Made by a program: the position numbers and the translations under genes | Part shown: in pieces, positions 34,801 to 46,900 of the stretch | Position numbering within the stretch: the stretch's first letter is position 1 | How the letters are laid out: every line of letters starts with the position of its first letter | Source of the DNA: Macrostomum lignano | Taxonomy: Eukaryota | Length of the DNA stretch: 64,000 nt | Assembly: GCA_002269645.1 (NCBI GenBank) | Contig: NIVC01000387.1 | Location: forward strand, 434,001-498,000 | Reading direction: 5' to 3' | Notes under the pieces: model-generated | Told to the model about the DNA's origin: nothing | Seen by the model: only the letters and a program-made list of their open reading frames with translations | Databases searched by the model: none

Positions 34801-37800
34801 AGTATAGTTATATATATATATATATTATATAATATTTCAATATATAATATTTCAATAAAGTTCTCACTATTTTTATATTTTTAATAGGTTAGGCTTAGCT
34901 TTATTGTCTTAGGTCAAGAAACAAATTTTAATATGCTGTTTATTATAGGAGGAAAATAGAACCAAAGTTATAATTGTACAGACATTTGCAGGGTTTTCTT
35001 TTTTGCGAGAGAAAGGGTGCAAAATTGCACCCTATGCTCACTTTCATGGTGCAATTTTAAGGCTCAAAGTGCAATTTCTCTTTTTTCTTATTTTAAGGCA
35101 GTGCAAATAAGGCTTTAATAGAAAAATAGGTTATGAGACCGCACCTAAACTGCATCTATGTTTTAATTGTGCTAGGGGTATTCCCGTACGATACAAAATC
35201 CTACTGCTGTAACCAAAGTTGTAACAAGGCTTTTTCTTCTGTCCTCCAACTAACTTTACTAACTGCCACCAAGTTGTTACAGGGGTTATTCCTGTTTGCC
35301 AACTACAGTTATCCTGATTATACTTGTTTTCACTCCCTAACTATTTCTCAGAATTTCATTTAAATACCTTTGGGTAGCGTTCTTAGTAGCGTTTTTGGTA
35401 GCATTCTCATACATGCGCAACTTCTGAAATTATGCTGGCCGTGCGACTTAGTTTTCGATAAAAAATGCGACTTACCTATGAAAGAGCCAAGCAAAAACTT
35501 TAGGTAAACGGCAGGAGTAACTATGACCATATTTTTAAAGCTTAATGCCTCGCCAGCTAATTAGTGCTGCGTGCAGATTTCGCGTTTTTATAACAGCTAA
35601 TCAGTATGTCATCTAGTGGCGGCATGAAGCAATTAGTAAATTGTCAGTACAGTGTAGTGAGCATACTACAAAAGTCATGATTCATGAATGTCCAGAAGTA
35701 AGTGAAGTGAATACAGTGTGACCTATAGCTCAAGAACGATTTGCTAGACGATTTGGCATGGAAGATGAGAGCCCTGATTCAGATGGCTCATCAGATGCAG
35801 AATACGAATCCAGTAGAGATACAAGCTGTGAAAACCCACAGATTTTTAAACCACTGAATTCTAATTCCCGGAACTATTTTTGCATAGATTCTAAATTTGA
35901 AGTCATGCTCAAACAAAAACTTGTTAACAGTTAGGAAAAAGGCAAAGATGGGAGTAAATGCATGTTAAACTAAGATTTGAGGCCTTTGCAAATTCTCTCC
36001 ATTCCTCAATCTTCTCATCCTCTTTTTCTTTTCTCTCTCATCCCTTATCCCTTCTCTCTTTCCTCTCCTCTCCTATCTCTTCTGTCTCCTCTCTACATTC
36101 TTATTTCTCCTCTCGTCTCTCTCCATTCCACTCTACTCTTTCATCTTATCTTCCCTCTCGTGTCTCTCCACTCTACTCTCTCATCTTATCTCTCCTCTCT
36201 TTTCTACTCTCTCATCTCTCCTCTCTTCACTCTCCTCTCATCTCCTCTTTATCCTCTCTTCTCTCATCTACTCTCTCCTCTTTCCTCTTTCCTCTCTTCT
36301 GATCTCATCCATCATCTTTTCTTTCCTCTTTCCTCTCATCTCCTCTTCTCTCTCATCTCTTTTTCCTCCCTCAGCTTTTCTCTCCTCTTCTATCTTTTTC
36401 CCATCGCATCGCTCGCCTCTCCTCTGTTTGCTTATCTCTAATCTTCTATTCCCTCTACTTTGAAGTAAGAAAATATGCACATATTTTTGCTGAAGATAAG
36501 AGGAGAGAAGAGGGCATTGAGGAGAAAGGGTAGAGAGAAAGGGGAGAAGAGAGGAGAGTAAAAATGAGAGGAGAGAGAAGAGGGAAAAGGGGGAGAGAGA
36601 GAAGAGGGGAGGCAAGGTAGAGAAGAAGAGAGAGATGAGAGTTGAAGAGACACCAACCTTTCTACTCGTAGTTAGGAAGTTTCAAAGAACCCGAGGGGCG
36701 AGGGCCAGATAGAGGGGCTTCGCGAGCCGGAGTTTGCCGACCCCTGCTCCAGAGTTTAAGAAATCAATGGGAAACTGTTGACGCAGGCTTCTGATTTCAA
36801 AGATCTTGTCTGTTGTTGAAGGCTTCTATTCTGTTTTTGCTCTCCTGCCACACTTGCACCTACTACCCCCTGATTGCCTCTGATTGTGACTTACTTCCCT
36901 CTTATTGTGACTTAGCTGATCCTTTTTGCGACTTACCTAATCCTTTTTGCGACTTACCTAACCCTTTTTGCGACTTACCTAATCCTGTTGCAACTTACCT
37001 GATCCTTTTTGCGACTTGCCTAATCCTGTTGCAACTTACCTGATCCTTTTTGCGACTTGCCTGATTATTTTTACAACTTAGTTTGCTTCTTTTGCGAATT
37101 GTTTTTCTTTTGCTTCACCATTTTCCCTGAACTGCTCTTTCTTTCGCTTTCCTCTTGCCTTTTTTGGTTCTTGTGTTTTTCTGTTTTTGGTTGACTCAAT
37201 TTTGCGACTTACCCCTGGTCAGCCACGATTTATGGTGGCCAGATCGGCCAGGTCGGCCAGCAGTTGCGCATGTATGAGCATTCTGGTAGCTTATGGCTAG
37301 CTTTCTGGTAGCTTATGGCTAGCTTTCTGGTAGCATTCTGGTAGCTTATGGCCTGAGCGGTCTAATACTGGTATATGTATTAGTGAATAGTCCTAATCGG
37401 GCGTTACTGAGACTAGAGGGTCATGGCACCTCTCGTAATACTTCTACAAATTGTTCCCCGATTCTCTTTTCTTAGCAAATCTCTTGGAATCGTTTCTCAG
37501 ACTTTGCAAATGAATAAGTCGCTATTCAACTCGAAAGACTTTGAAAGGTTTAGATTGAACTGCTTATTTTGTTCGCAATATTGCTCACAGGTAAAAGACA
37601 GTTGGTTTATTTGCTACAAAACCGCTCTTATATACAGTGGTTTCCCCCCCTATACGATTAAAACAAAAAATAATTCCCCAATTTATTTTGCACAGTAAAA
37701 CAAAATATTCAGTATGGTAAAACAAAATATTTATCTAGTATTTCACACGAGTTTGGTTTCTAAGAAAACATACCTTTATTGCTCAAAATTCGTACAGTAT

Positions 37801-38747
37801 TGGAGCACTACTATATAATTTCAGGGTGCAATTTTAAAATGTAAGGTCCATATGCACACTCTATGCACAAAAAATAAACCTAGGACATTTGTTATAGCAA
37901 AAAAATAATTTTCATAGTCTTCCAATGTAGTGTTTTAGGCTAAAGGCTAATGTTTTAAAATATGGTTATTAAGGTTTTACATATCCATATGCTAAAAATT
38001 CTAGATATATTAGATTTATTCTTATTAAGACAATATACATATATTATATAATATATAATATATATTAATGTGAGAAAACTATTTTATCACTAGACCAATT
38101 TTTAAAAAGTGTCTTGCTGTTTAAAAAAATGAGATTTATCAATTAGAAATATAAAAATATTTTTAAAAATAACTAACTTTATTTTAATAAAATCCTTTCT
38201 AATCAATAATATAATATATATAGCTCATTAATTTCAAATTGATTTGAAAATAATAGTCCATTGTTTCATTTTTTGCTAGAACATATTCTTATAAAAGATA
38301 ATGCCATGATCTAAAATGATAAAGCTTAGTCTATAGATGTCTTTCTTTTAAAGTTTTGTTTTGTTCTTAATTCTGACAATATTAATTGATAATAATAACC
38401 AATACTAATGAGCCAGTAATACATATATAAAACATATACATATAGTTTAAATGAAGCATGTTATTTAAGATTGTTGTCAATAAGTGAAAAGAGAAAACTC
38501 AATTTGAATAGGTCTATTCTATATATGAATTGACTTCATACAAATACAAGCCACAGTTTTTGTTGACATGCTTTGTATCAGATTCAATCTGAATTTAATG
38601 TGGTCTAAGATGCAGAAAACTTACAGCGATCACATTGACGAACGTTGTCTTTCCTGAATTTTGAAGACCAACTAGTGTCAACTCCATTTCTTCCTTCCAA
38701 AAAAGGCTCTTAACCCAATCCAAGATTCGCTGGACAAGGGCAAACAT
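31830..38747 (-). CDS. ARL8: ADP-ribosylation factor-like 8 (lysosomal small GTPase), 184 aa, 3 exons
   Basis: Exon 38625-38747 reads [41 protein letters not shown]. Exon 33176-33563 reads [18 protein letters not shown]...[20 protein letters not shown]...GNKRD...[12 protein letters not shown]. Exon 31830-31873 reads [14 protein letters not shown]. All ends are GT-AG and in frame. Confidence 0.97.
32198..33010. repeat. 24-bp minisatellite (CCCTTGTCTAACAGGTGACACTAT), ~34 copies, flanked by GA-rich tracts
   Basis: Read directly; ARL8 intron 2. Confidence 0.96.
35408..37276. mobile_element. Non-autonomous DNA transposon (hAT- or P-type), 1869 bp
   Basis: Perfect 15-bp TIRs CATACATGCGCAACT (35408-35422) and AGTTGCGCATGTATG (37262-37276), with a perfect 8-bp TSD AGCATTCT (35400-35407, 37277-37284). 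Repeated subterminal TGCGACTTACC motifs; no transposase seen. Confidence 0.85.
36490..36746. mobile_element. Right part of the Charlie-like MITE nested in the 1.87-kb element
   Basis: GAAGAGACACCAACC is shared with 4630-4645, and the piece ends in GGAGTTTGCCGACCCCTG. The left TIR was not found. Confidence 0.6.
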
Positions 38748-40972
38748 TTTGAGAGAAACGGTTCTAATATAATAGTACGATTACAACTGACTTTACAAAA
38801 TTAGTAACCAGCTGCAAAACTGCCGAAGTTAAATTAGAAAGTTAAATTCAGACACAATGTTAATTAAGAGTAGGATTAAATAAATGAATAAGTATAGGTG
38901 ACTATGACACTATTTAAATAATGTGATTTAACTAGCCTGTGTTTTTACCGACTTTAAATTATCGCATACAAGATAAAAAATTTTTTTACCGACACTTACT
39001 TTAATTTATTTAACTGCCTAAACATATTTAGAAGCAAAAGCTTTAATAGTTAGCACTTAGCTTTTGTCTCTGGTTTTACTTATATTTGTTTAGCATAGAG
39101 TCGTGAATACCGGCAATTTAAGTTCTTAATATAAAAAGAGCGACGTTAAATCGACGAAGTGAAAGTCTTTACCGTAAAAAGATCTATAATCCTCTTTGAT
39201 AAGAAAATTATATCTAATAATCCAGAATACAAATTTTGCTCATTAATTTTAACTTTTACGATAAATATTGTGCATATATTGTGACTGAAATGTCACGAAA
39301 AAAATAGTATTGACAATTGCATGGGCATAAAGTAATCCTCAAAATAACACATATCTCAACATATATTCAAATTATTTTTCATTATTTTTTAACTGCTTTC
39401 CCAAGAATTACAAGGAACTAATTCAAAGGCATCGACTATTTGATCGACATCGACTGCAAAAAATGGGCGCAAAGCGAAGTATATTAAAGTTATAAATGAG
39501 TTTAAAGTCTGAGTTTAAATTCAAGTTTAACTATCAACAGTACTCCTCTAATATGTACTGCGTGGCAACCGTAATTTCAAAAAAGAAATTGTTCTATCTA
39601 CAAGTGTTTTTGTTGTGGCACCTATTTTTCATTGATTGGCGTCGGTGCTTAAGAAATGCTGGCGAAAATTCGCCCGTGAAAAAATTTTGCTGAAGCTTAT
39701 AAAATTGATGCAAAACACAACAATTATACTAGTTGATATTCTTATATGCGTTTTAAATGAGAAAAAGCGGAAAAAAACTTCCCCACACTTTCGCCAGCCA
39801 GCCAGCATTTTGCCGGCTTTTCGCCAACACTGCAACTGTTTTCTCAGGGTTTTTCGCCTTTTTTTCTCAATAGGGCAAAAACTTAACCGGAAAATCCACT
39901 ATAGAAAACGCTCTCAGAAAAAGATACTAAAGAAATACATGTACGCATACATGCATGTACATGAATATACAACACATAGGAAAAAAAGAAATTAGTATAG
40001 CAATGAGACAGCAACAGCAACTGTATAATTTTAATGCATGCGCTTCTGATACAATTAAGCATTCAGTAAGCAAACCGGTAATTTTAATTTGATGCAAGAG
40101 GAGGTGCGTTTAGTTCTAGCTGAGGAAGTTAGCAGCAAGAAGACGTGCTTTTTAATCAATTTGATTTTGCGGATGGATGCCCCAGTGTGTACGTGCGCAT
40201 GTTGCCTCAATTTTTCACTAATAGCTGAAGCTTGCTCAGCTGTATACAAAGCTCAGAAAAACAAATCCTGCTTACTATATAAGGCCATGAGCTGCCGGCG
40301 TGCATGGTCTAAGAATTTAATCTCTTTATTCTGTTTTTATGCCCAGTCAAGCTGCGGCAGTTCTCTCGCCCGATCCTCAGCTTGAGCCGGCTTCCGTCCC
40401 CGATCTCTTTTTTTGCCGCGGTTCACCCAACGCCCGTGTGTCGACAAACAGGAATATGAAAACTGAATGCTGATGACTGAAAGAGGAAGGAACAGAGGAG
40501 ACCAACGAATGAGGTCGGAGAAAGAAGAGGAGGAGAGGAGACAGATAGGCCGGGAGCGCATGCACTAGTCGCTCGATTCCCTGTCCCCATCCGTCAGGAC
40601 TGGGGGAGGAGGCTGGCTGGACGTGAGCTGGGCCTCGGGGAGGTTTCAGAGTCCAGTGGGCGGCTGTCGGCTCCAGATAGTCGGAAGGTGCGGGAAAGGG
40701 AGAGAGATATTGGGGCAGAGAAATCGGACTCGAAGGCAGCGCGCTTTCTCCCATCCTGCTCCCGACCGGCATTCCATTCGCCCTCCCCCAGAGCCTACAC
40801 CCTCCCGACCGACCTCACCTGCAGCGCACAGATGAGCCCATAAGCTCGTCTCAGCCATCCGTGGCCTCTCCTGCAGCCCAGTTTCCTCCGCAGCTCGCCT
40901 GCGCAAGCTTCCAAAATCTCAGAGCCCGTGTTGCTCTCTCAAACATCGTGACAGTTGCACCGCACAGCAATC

Positions 40973-43900
40973 ATGGAGCGCTCCAGCGTGACAACAACAC
41001 CAGAAACAGTGAGAGCAAGCCCTGATCTTACTGAGCAAACCTGAGCTCTGAGTTCGCTAATCTTTTGTCGCAAATCCTAATTTTATTCTGTTCTTCACTT
41101 TTGAGTCAAAAATGTTTGTGCTCAGACGGGAGTGCATCAGATTTCAAATGGTTCAGCTCAGCCTTGCCAAGAGCTAATTTTAACAGAAATATAAAGCTGT
41201 TCAAGGCAGGGCTAAAGCCTGCCTGCTTCGGTCGCTACATCTTGCATCTGAGAACAAGCACGCTGTCCTCCCGCCCCCCCCCTCCCTCCTCCGAGGCTGA
41301 AGGGATTCGATTCCCTAAAGGATTTGGATCTCTCGCAATGCAGACATTGGCATCAAATTTTAATCGCAAAGGACCTCCCTCCCTAGCTCGCCGTGGCTAT
41401 CTCTGATGACAGCCTCTCTGTTCCTCATCACTGTTGCTGCCCGCCTGATCTTATCCCCAGCTCTTAATCCCAGTATATTCCCCTTTAGAATAATCTAGTT
41501 ACACATGACTTGCCTAATTTTCCCATTTCCGATGCAGCCGCTCTTGAGCTGTGAAAGCGGCTGAATTCGGATTTCGGTGCACCGAAAATTGTTGAATGGA
41601 AATCCAGCTGGCCCGCTCGCAATGATCAGCATAAACAGATTGATGAGCTGTAGGAAACCGAGACTCAATTCCGCTTGCAATGATCAGCATAAACAGATTG
41701 ATGAGCTGTAGGAAACCGAGACTCAATTCCGCTCGCAATGATCAGCATAAACAGATTGATGAGCTGTAGGAAACCGAGACTCAATTCCGCTTGCAATGAT
41801 CAGCATAAACAGATTGATGAGCTGTAGGAAACCGAGACTCAATTCCGCTTGCAATGATCAGCATAAACAGATTGATGAGCTGTAGGAAACCGAGACTCAA
41901 TTCCGCTTGCAATGATCAGCATAAACAGATTGATGAGCTGTAGGAAACCGAGACTCAATTCCGCTCGCAATGATCAGCATAAACAGATTGATGAGCTGTA
42001 GGAAACTGAGACTCAATTCCGCTTGCAATGATCAGCATAAACAGATTGATGAGCTGTAGGAAACCGAGACTCAATTCCGCTTGCAATGATCAGCATAAAC
42101 AGATTGATGAGCTGTAGGAAACCGAGACTCAATTCCGCTTGCAATGATCAGCATAAACAGATTGATGAGCTGTAGGAAACCGAGACTCAATTCCGCTCGC
42201 AATGATCAGCATAAACAGATTGATGAGCTGTAGGAAACTGAGACTCAATTCCGCTTGCAATGATCAGCATAAACAGATTGATGAGCTGTAGGAAACTGAG
42301 ACTCAATTCCGCTCGCAATGATCAGCATAAACAGATTGATGAGCTGTAGGAAACCGAGACTCAATTCCGCTTGCAATGATCAGCATAAACAGATTGATGA
42401 GCTGTAGGAAACTGAGACTCAATTCCGCTTGCAATGATCAGCATAAACAGATTGATGAGCTGTAGGAAACTGAGACTCAATTCCGCTCGCAATGATCAGC
42501 ATAAACAGATTGATGAGCTGTAGGAAACCGAGACTCAATTCCGCTTGCAATGATCAGCATAAACAGATTGATGAGCTGTAGGAAACCGAGACTCAATTCC
42601 GCTCGCAATGATCAGCATAAACAGATTGATGAGCTGTAGGAAACCGAGACTCAATTCCGCTCGCAATGATCAGCATAAACAGATTGATGAGCTGTAGGAA
42701 ACTGAGACTCAATTCCGCTTGCAATGATCAGCATAAACAGATTGATGAGCTGTAGGAAACCGAGACTCAATTCCGCTTGCAATGATCAGCATAAACAGAT
42801 TGATGAGCTGTAGGAAACCGAGACTCAATTCCGCTTGCAATGATCAGCATAAACAGATTGATGAGCTGTAGGAAACCGAGACTCAATTCCGCTTGCAATG
42901 ATCAGCATAAACAGATTGATGAGCTGTAGGAAACTGAGACTCAATTCCGCTTGCAATGATCAGCATAAACAGATTGATGAGCTGTAGGAAACCGAGACTC
43001 AATTCCGCTTGCAATGATCAGCATAAACAGATTGATGAGCTGTAGGAAACCGAGACTCAAATCCGCTCGCAATGATCAGCATAAACAGATTGATGAGCTG
43101 TAGGAAACCGAGACTCAATTCCGCTCGCAATGATCAGCATAAACAGATTGATGAGCTGTAGGAAACCGAGACTCAAATCCGCTCGCAATGATCAGCATAA
43201 ACAGATTGATGAGCTGTAGGAAACTGAGACTCAATTCCGCTCGCAATGATCAGCATAAACAGATTGATGAGCTGTAGGAAACCGAGACTCAATTCCGCTC
43301 GCAATGATCAGCATAAACAGATTGATGAGCTGTAGGAAACCGAGACTCAATTCCGCTCGCAATGATCAGCATAAACAGATTGATGAGCTGTAGGAAACCG
43401 AGACTCAATTCCGCTCGCAATGATCAGCATAAACAGATTGATGAGCTGTAGGAAACCGAGACTCAAATCCGCTCGCAATGATCAGCATAAACAGATTGAT
43501 GAGCTGTAGGAAACTGAGACTCAATTCCGCTCGCAATGATCAGCATAAACAGATTGATGAGCTGTAGGAAACCGAGACTCAATTCCGCTCGCAATGATCA
43601 GCATAAACAGATTGATGAGCTGTAGGAAACCGAGACTCAATTCCGCTCGCAATGATCAGCATAAACAGATTGATGAGCTGTAGGAAACCGAGACTCAATT
43701 CCGCTCGCAATGATCAGCATAAACAGATTGATGAGCTGTAGGAAACCGAGACTCAATTCCGCTCGCAATGATCAGCATAAACAGATTGATGAGCTGTAGG
43801 AAACCGAGACTCAATTCCGCTCGCAATGATCAGCATAAACAGATTGATGAGCTGTAGGAAACCGAGACTCAATTCCGCTCGCAATGATCAGCATAAACAG

Positions 43901-46900
43901 ATTGATGAGCTGTAGGAAACCGAGACTCAATTCCGCTCGCAATGATCAGCATAAACAGATTGATGAGCTGTAGGAAACCGAGACTCAAATCCGCTCGCAA
44001 TGATCAGCATAAACAGATTGATGAGCTGTAGGAAACTGAGACTCAATTCCGCTCGCAATGATCAGCATAAACAGATTGATGAGCTGTAGGAAACTGAGAC
44101 TCAATTCCGCTTGCAATGATCAGCATAAACAGATTGATGAGCTGTAGGAAACCGAGACTCAATTCCGCTTGCAATGATCAGCATAAACAGATTGATGAGC
44201 TGTAGGAAACTGAGACTCAATTCCGCTCGCAATGATCAGCATAAACAGATTGATGAGCTGTAGGAAACTGAGACTCAATTCCGCTCGCAATGATCAGCAT
44301 AAACAGATTGATGAGCTGTAGGAAACCGAGACTCAATTCCGCTTGCAATGATCAGCATAAACAGATTGATGAGCTGTAGGAAACCGAGACTCAATTCCGC
44401 TCGCAATGATCAGCATAAACAGATTGATGAGCTGTAGGAAACTGAGACTCAATTCCGCTTGCAATGATCAGCATAAACAGATTGATGAGCTGTAGGAAAC
44501 CGAGACTCAATTCCGCTCGCAATGATCAGCATAAACAGATTGATGAGCTGTAGGAAACCGAGACTCAATTCCGCTTGCAATGATCAGCATAAACAGATTG
44601 ATGAGCTGTAGGAAACCGAGACTCAATTCCGCTCGCAATGATCAGCATAAACAGATTGATGAGCTGTAGGAAACCGAGACTCAATTCCGCTCGCAATGAT
44701 CAGCATAAACAGATTGATGAGCTGTAGGAAACTGAGACTCAATTCCGCTCGCAATGATCAGCATAAACAGATTGATGAGCTGTAGGAAACCGAGACTCAA
44801 TTCAGAGTCAGGTTGAAACCAATACGAATTCTCGTAAATTCTAAAAAAGCTGGAAACAATTATTTCAAGGGGTCATTTCTCTGTCACAAGCACTTCATTT
44901 CCCTTCATGCGTCTCAGAAAATCACGCTGGACGCCAATGGGGACGGCATGTCCGTGTTCCAAAATCCTCGCTTCCGCCTGTGCGCTCACCACTTGAATGC
45001 CGGCAGCCAGGCGGCCGAAGCCATGCCAATGTACAACTTCTTCGTGTGCCTCAACGACTCGCGCTATACGAAGATCTTCAGCGACATGGAGCGGGGCATC
45101 AGCGACCGGCGCGACCGCGGCCTGCCGATCCTGGCCGCCATCATCGGAGTCTACTGTTTATTCATCCTGTTCGGTGCGTTCGGAAATGGCCTCGTCATGC
45201 TGACTGTGTGCCGCAACCGGGCCATGCGCACCGCCCGGAACCTCTTCATATTCAACCTGGCCCTGTCCGACTTCATTCTGTGCCTCTTCACGCAGCCGCT
45301 CAACCTGCTGCGCCTGTTCCCCGACTACATCAGCTGGGAATTTGGCGAGCTTCTCTGCAAAGTGGTCAACACTCTCACCGGTCTCAATATGTTTGTGTCC
45401 ACGTTTTCGATTACAGCCATCGCACTGGACCGCTTCCAGGTGAGTAGATGATGGAGTGGCTGTTTAGACTGTCTGATTGAGGGTTGGCCAACGCCAACTT
45501 GTATTGAGCCTTGGTGAATTCTGCGCCACTATGTTCTCAAAGGCAACCAGTTAGGTTCTCCATTGGTGGATGCATGCAGAGGATTGAGTGTCCCAAAGGT
45601 CCTTCGAACTCAAGAGCAGCCTCTATCCCTCAGTCTCCATGCTCATGCGATCAAAGCCAGCCAGTTCTTGAGTGGCACTTTAACTTCAATACAAAGAGAA
45701 TAGTTTGAGGTTGGAAATGAGAGGTCAGCTTCTACGAGCATTGTAACGAGACTTTTAGGACATTAGGACCTTATGAACTAAAAGTAGCAAAGAGCCTAAG
45801 CTATTATTGCTGCATGCTCATATGCTAGTGACGATTCGAGTCCAAGAAAGTTCGATAGCAGAAAACAGTGAGTCAGTCAGTTCATATTTCGTTGTCCAGT
45901 GCGAGATTCCTTGCCATCAACGGGAAAGGCTGTTCATTTTACAATGCGTTCGCACGGCCTTTCTCATTATTTGTGACTGATACGATGACAGCGTATTGTG
46001 GATGGTGGGCAGGGAAATTCTTATTCTTAGACTAAGAAAAAATCCGAGAAAAACTGTCCAACTAAAAACCCTATATACTACTACCGAGATATCTGGATTT
46101 GAAACAAGTATATGTTTAACAGCAGAAAGACCATGGGGGTGTATTTCAAGTACACACATTTTTCCTTTGTCTGTATCTCCGAAAATATTCAACCAATTGC
46201 CATGAAAATCCAGAACACGGGCTAAAATTTTCCACTCTATTCAATGGAGCAACTTTGAGAATCACAAAAAATCGGCATCGTCGAGATATTCAACGATTCT
46301 CCTCGGGGTGTCTGGTGACAAAAAAACACCAACATTAGCAATTTTTTCTGCTCACAAAATCTCACAAAACCGTCGGGACCTTCGATTCAACAAAAGCACC
46401 CGATCGGCATCTCAGAGGCGGCTGCGTTCCCAAAACTGAAATGGAATAATCCTCTTCTGCATCCAGCATTCAGTCAGTAGACACAATCGGTGAATGAAAT
46501 GGACGATGGCTACTCTCTAGGCTGACCTTTAGACATACAGGCGACCTTCAGGACCTTCAACGGAGTGCCACCTTGCGGCCCCGACGAGCTGGCACCCCCA
46601 ACATCGTGATTTTTCTATCAAGGCACCAAACCAGACATGTCTGCATATTATACAATGGTCCTGCACCATGTTCAGCATTCAGCTCTGTCTGGACGACCTT
46701 CAGGACCTTCAACGGGGTGCCACCACGCGGCCCCGATGAGGTGGCACCCCCAACATCGTTTTTATATTAAGACACCAGACCAGGCATGTCTGCATATTAT
46801 ACAATGGTCCTGCACCTTGTTAAATTGGAGAGTTACAGATTTAACTCGCGACTGAAAAATATAAAATATATTATTTGTAAAAAATGATATTACAGCATGT

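Noticed and set aside
37630-37660. TA-CAGTGGTTTCCCCCCCTATACG as a pogo/Tigger-like TIR
   Set aside because: No matching inverted partner was found in the window, so an element cannot be delimited.
41617-44802. 58-bp array as a CRISPR array, tandem hammerhead ribozymes or C/D snoRNAs (contains TGATGA and GAAAC)
   Set aside because: There are no unique spacers or cas genes, and the context is eukaryotic. The hammerhead C3, the stem II closing pair and the UH site are missing, and there is no consistent D box or terminal stem.
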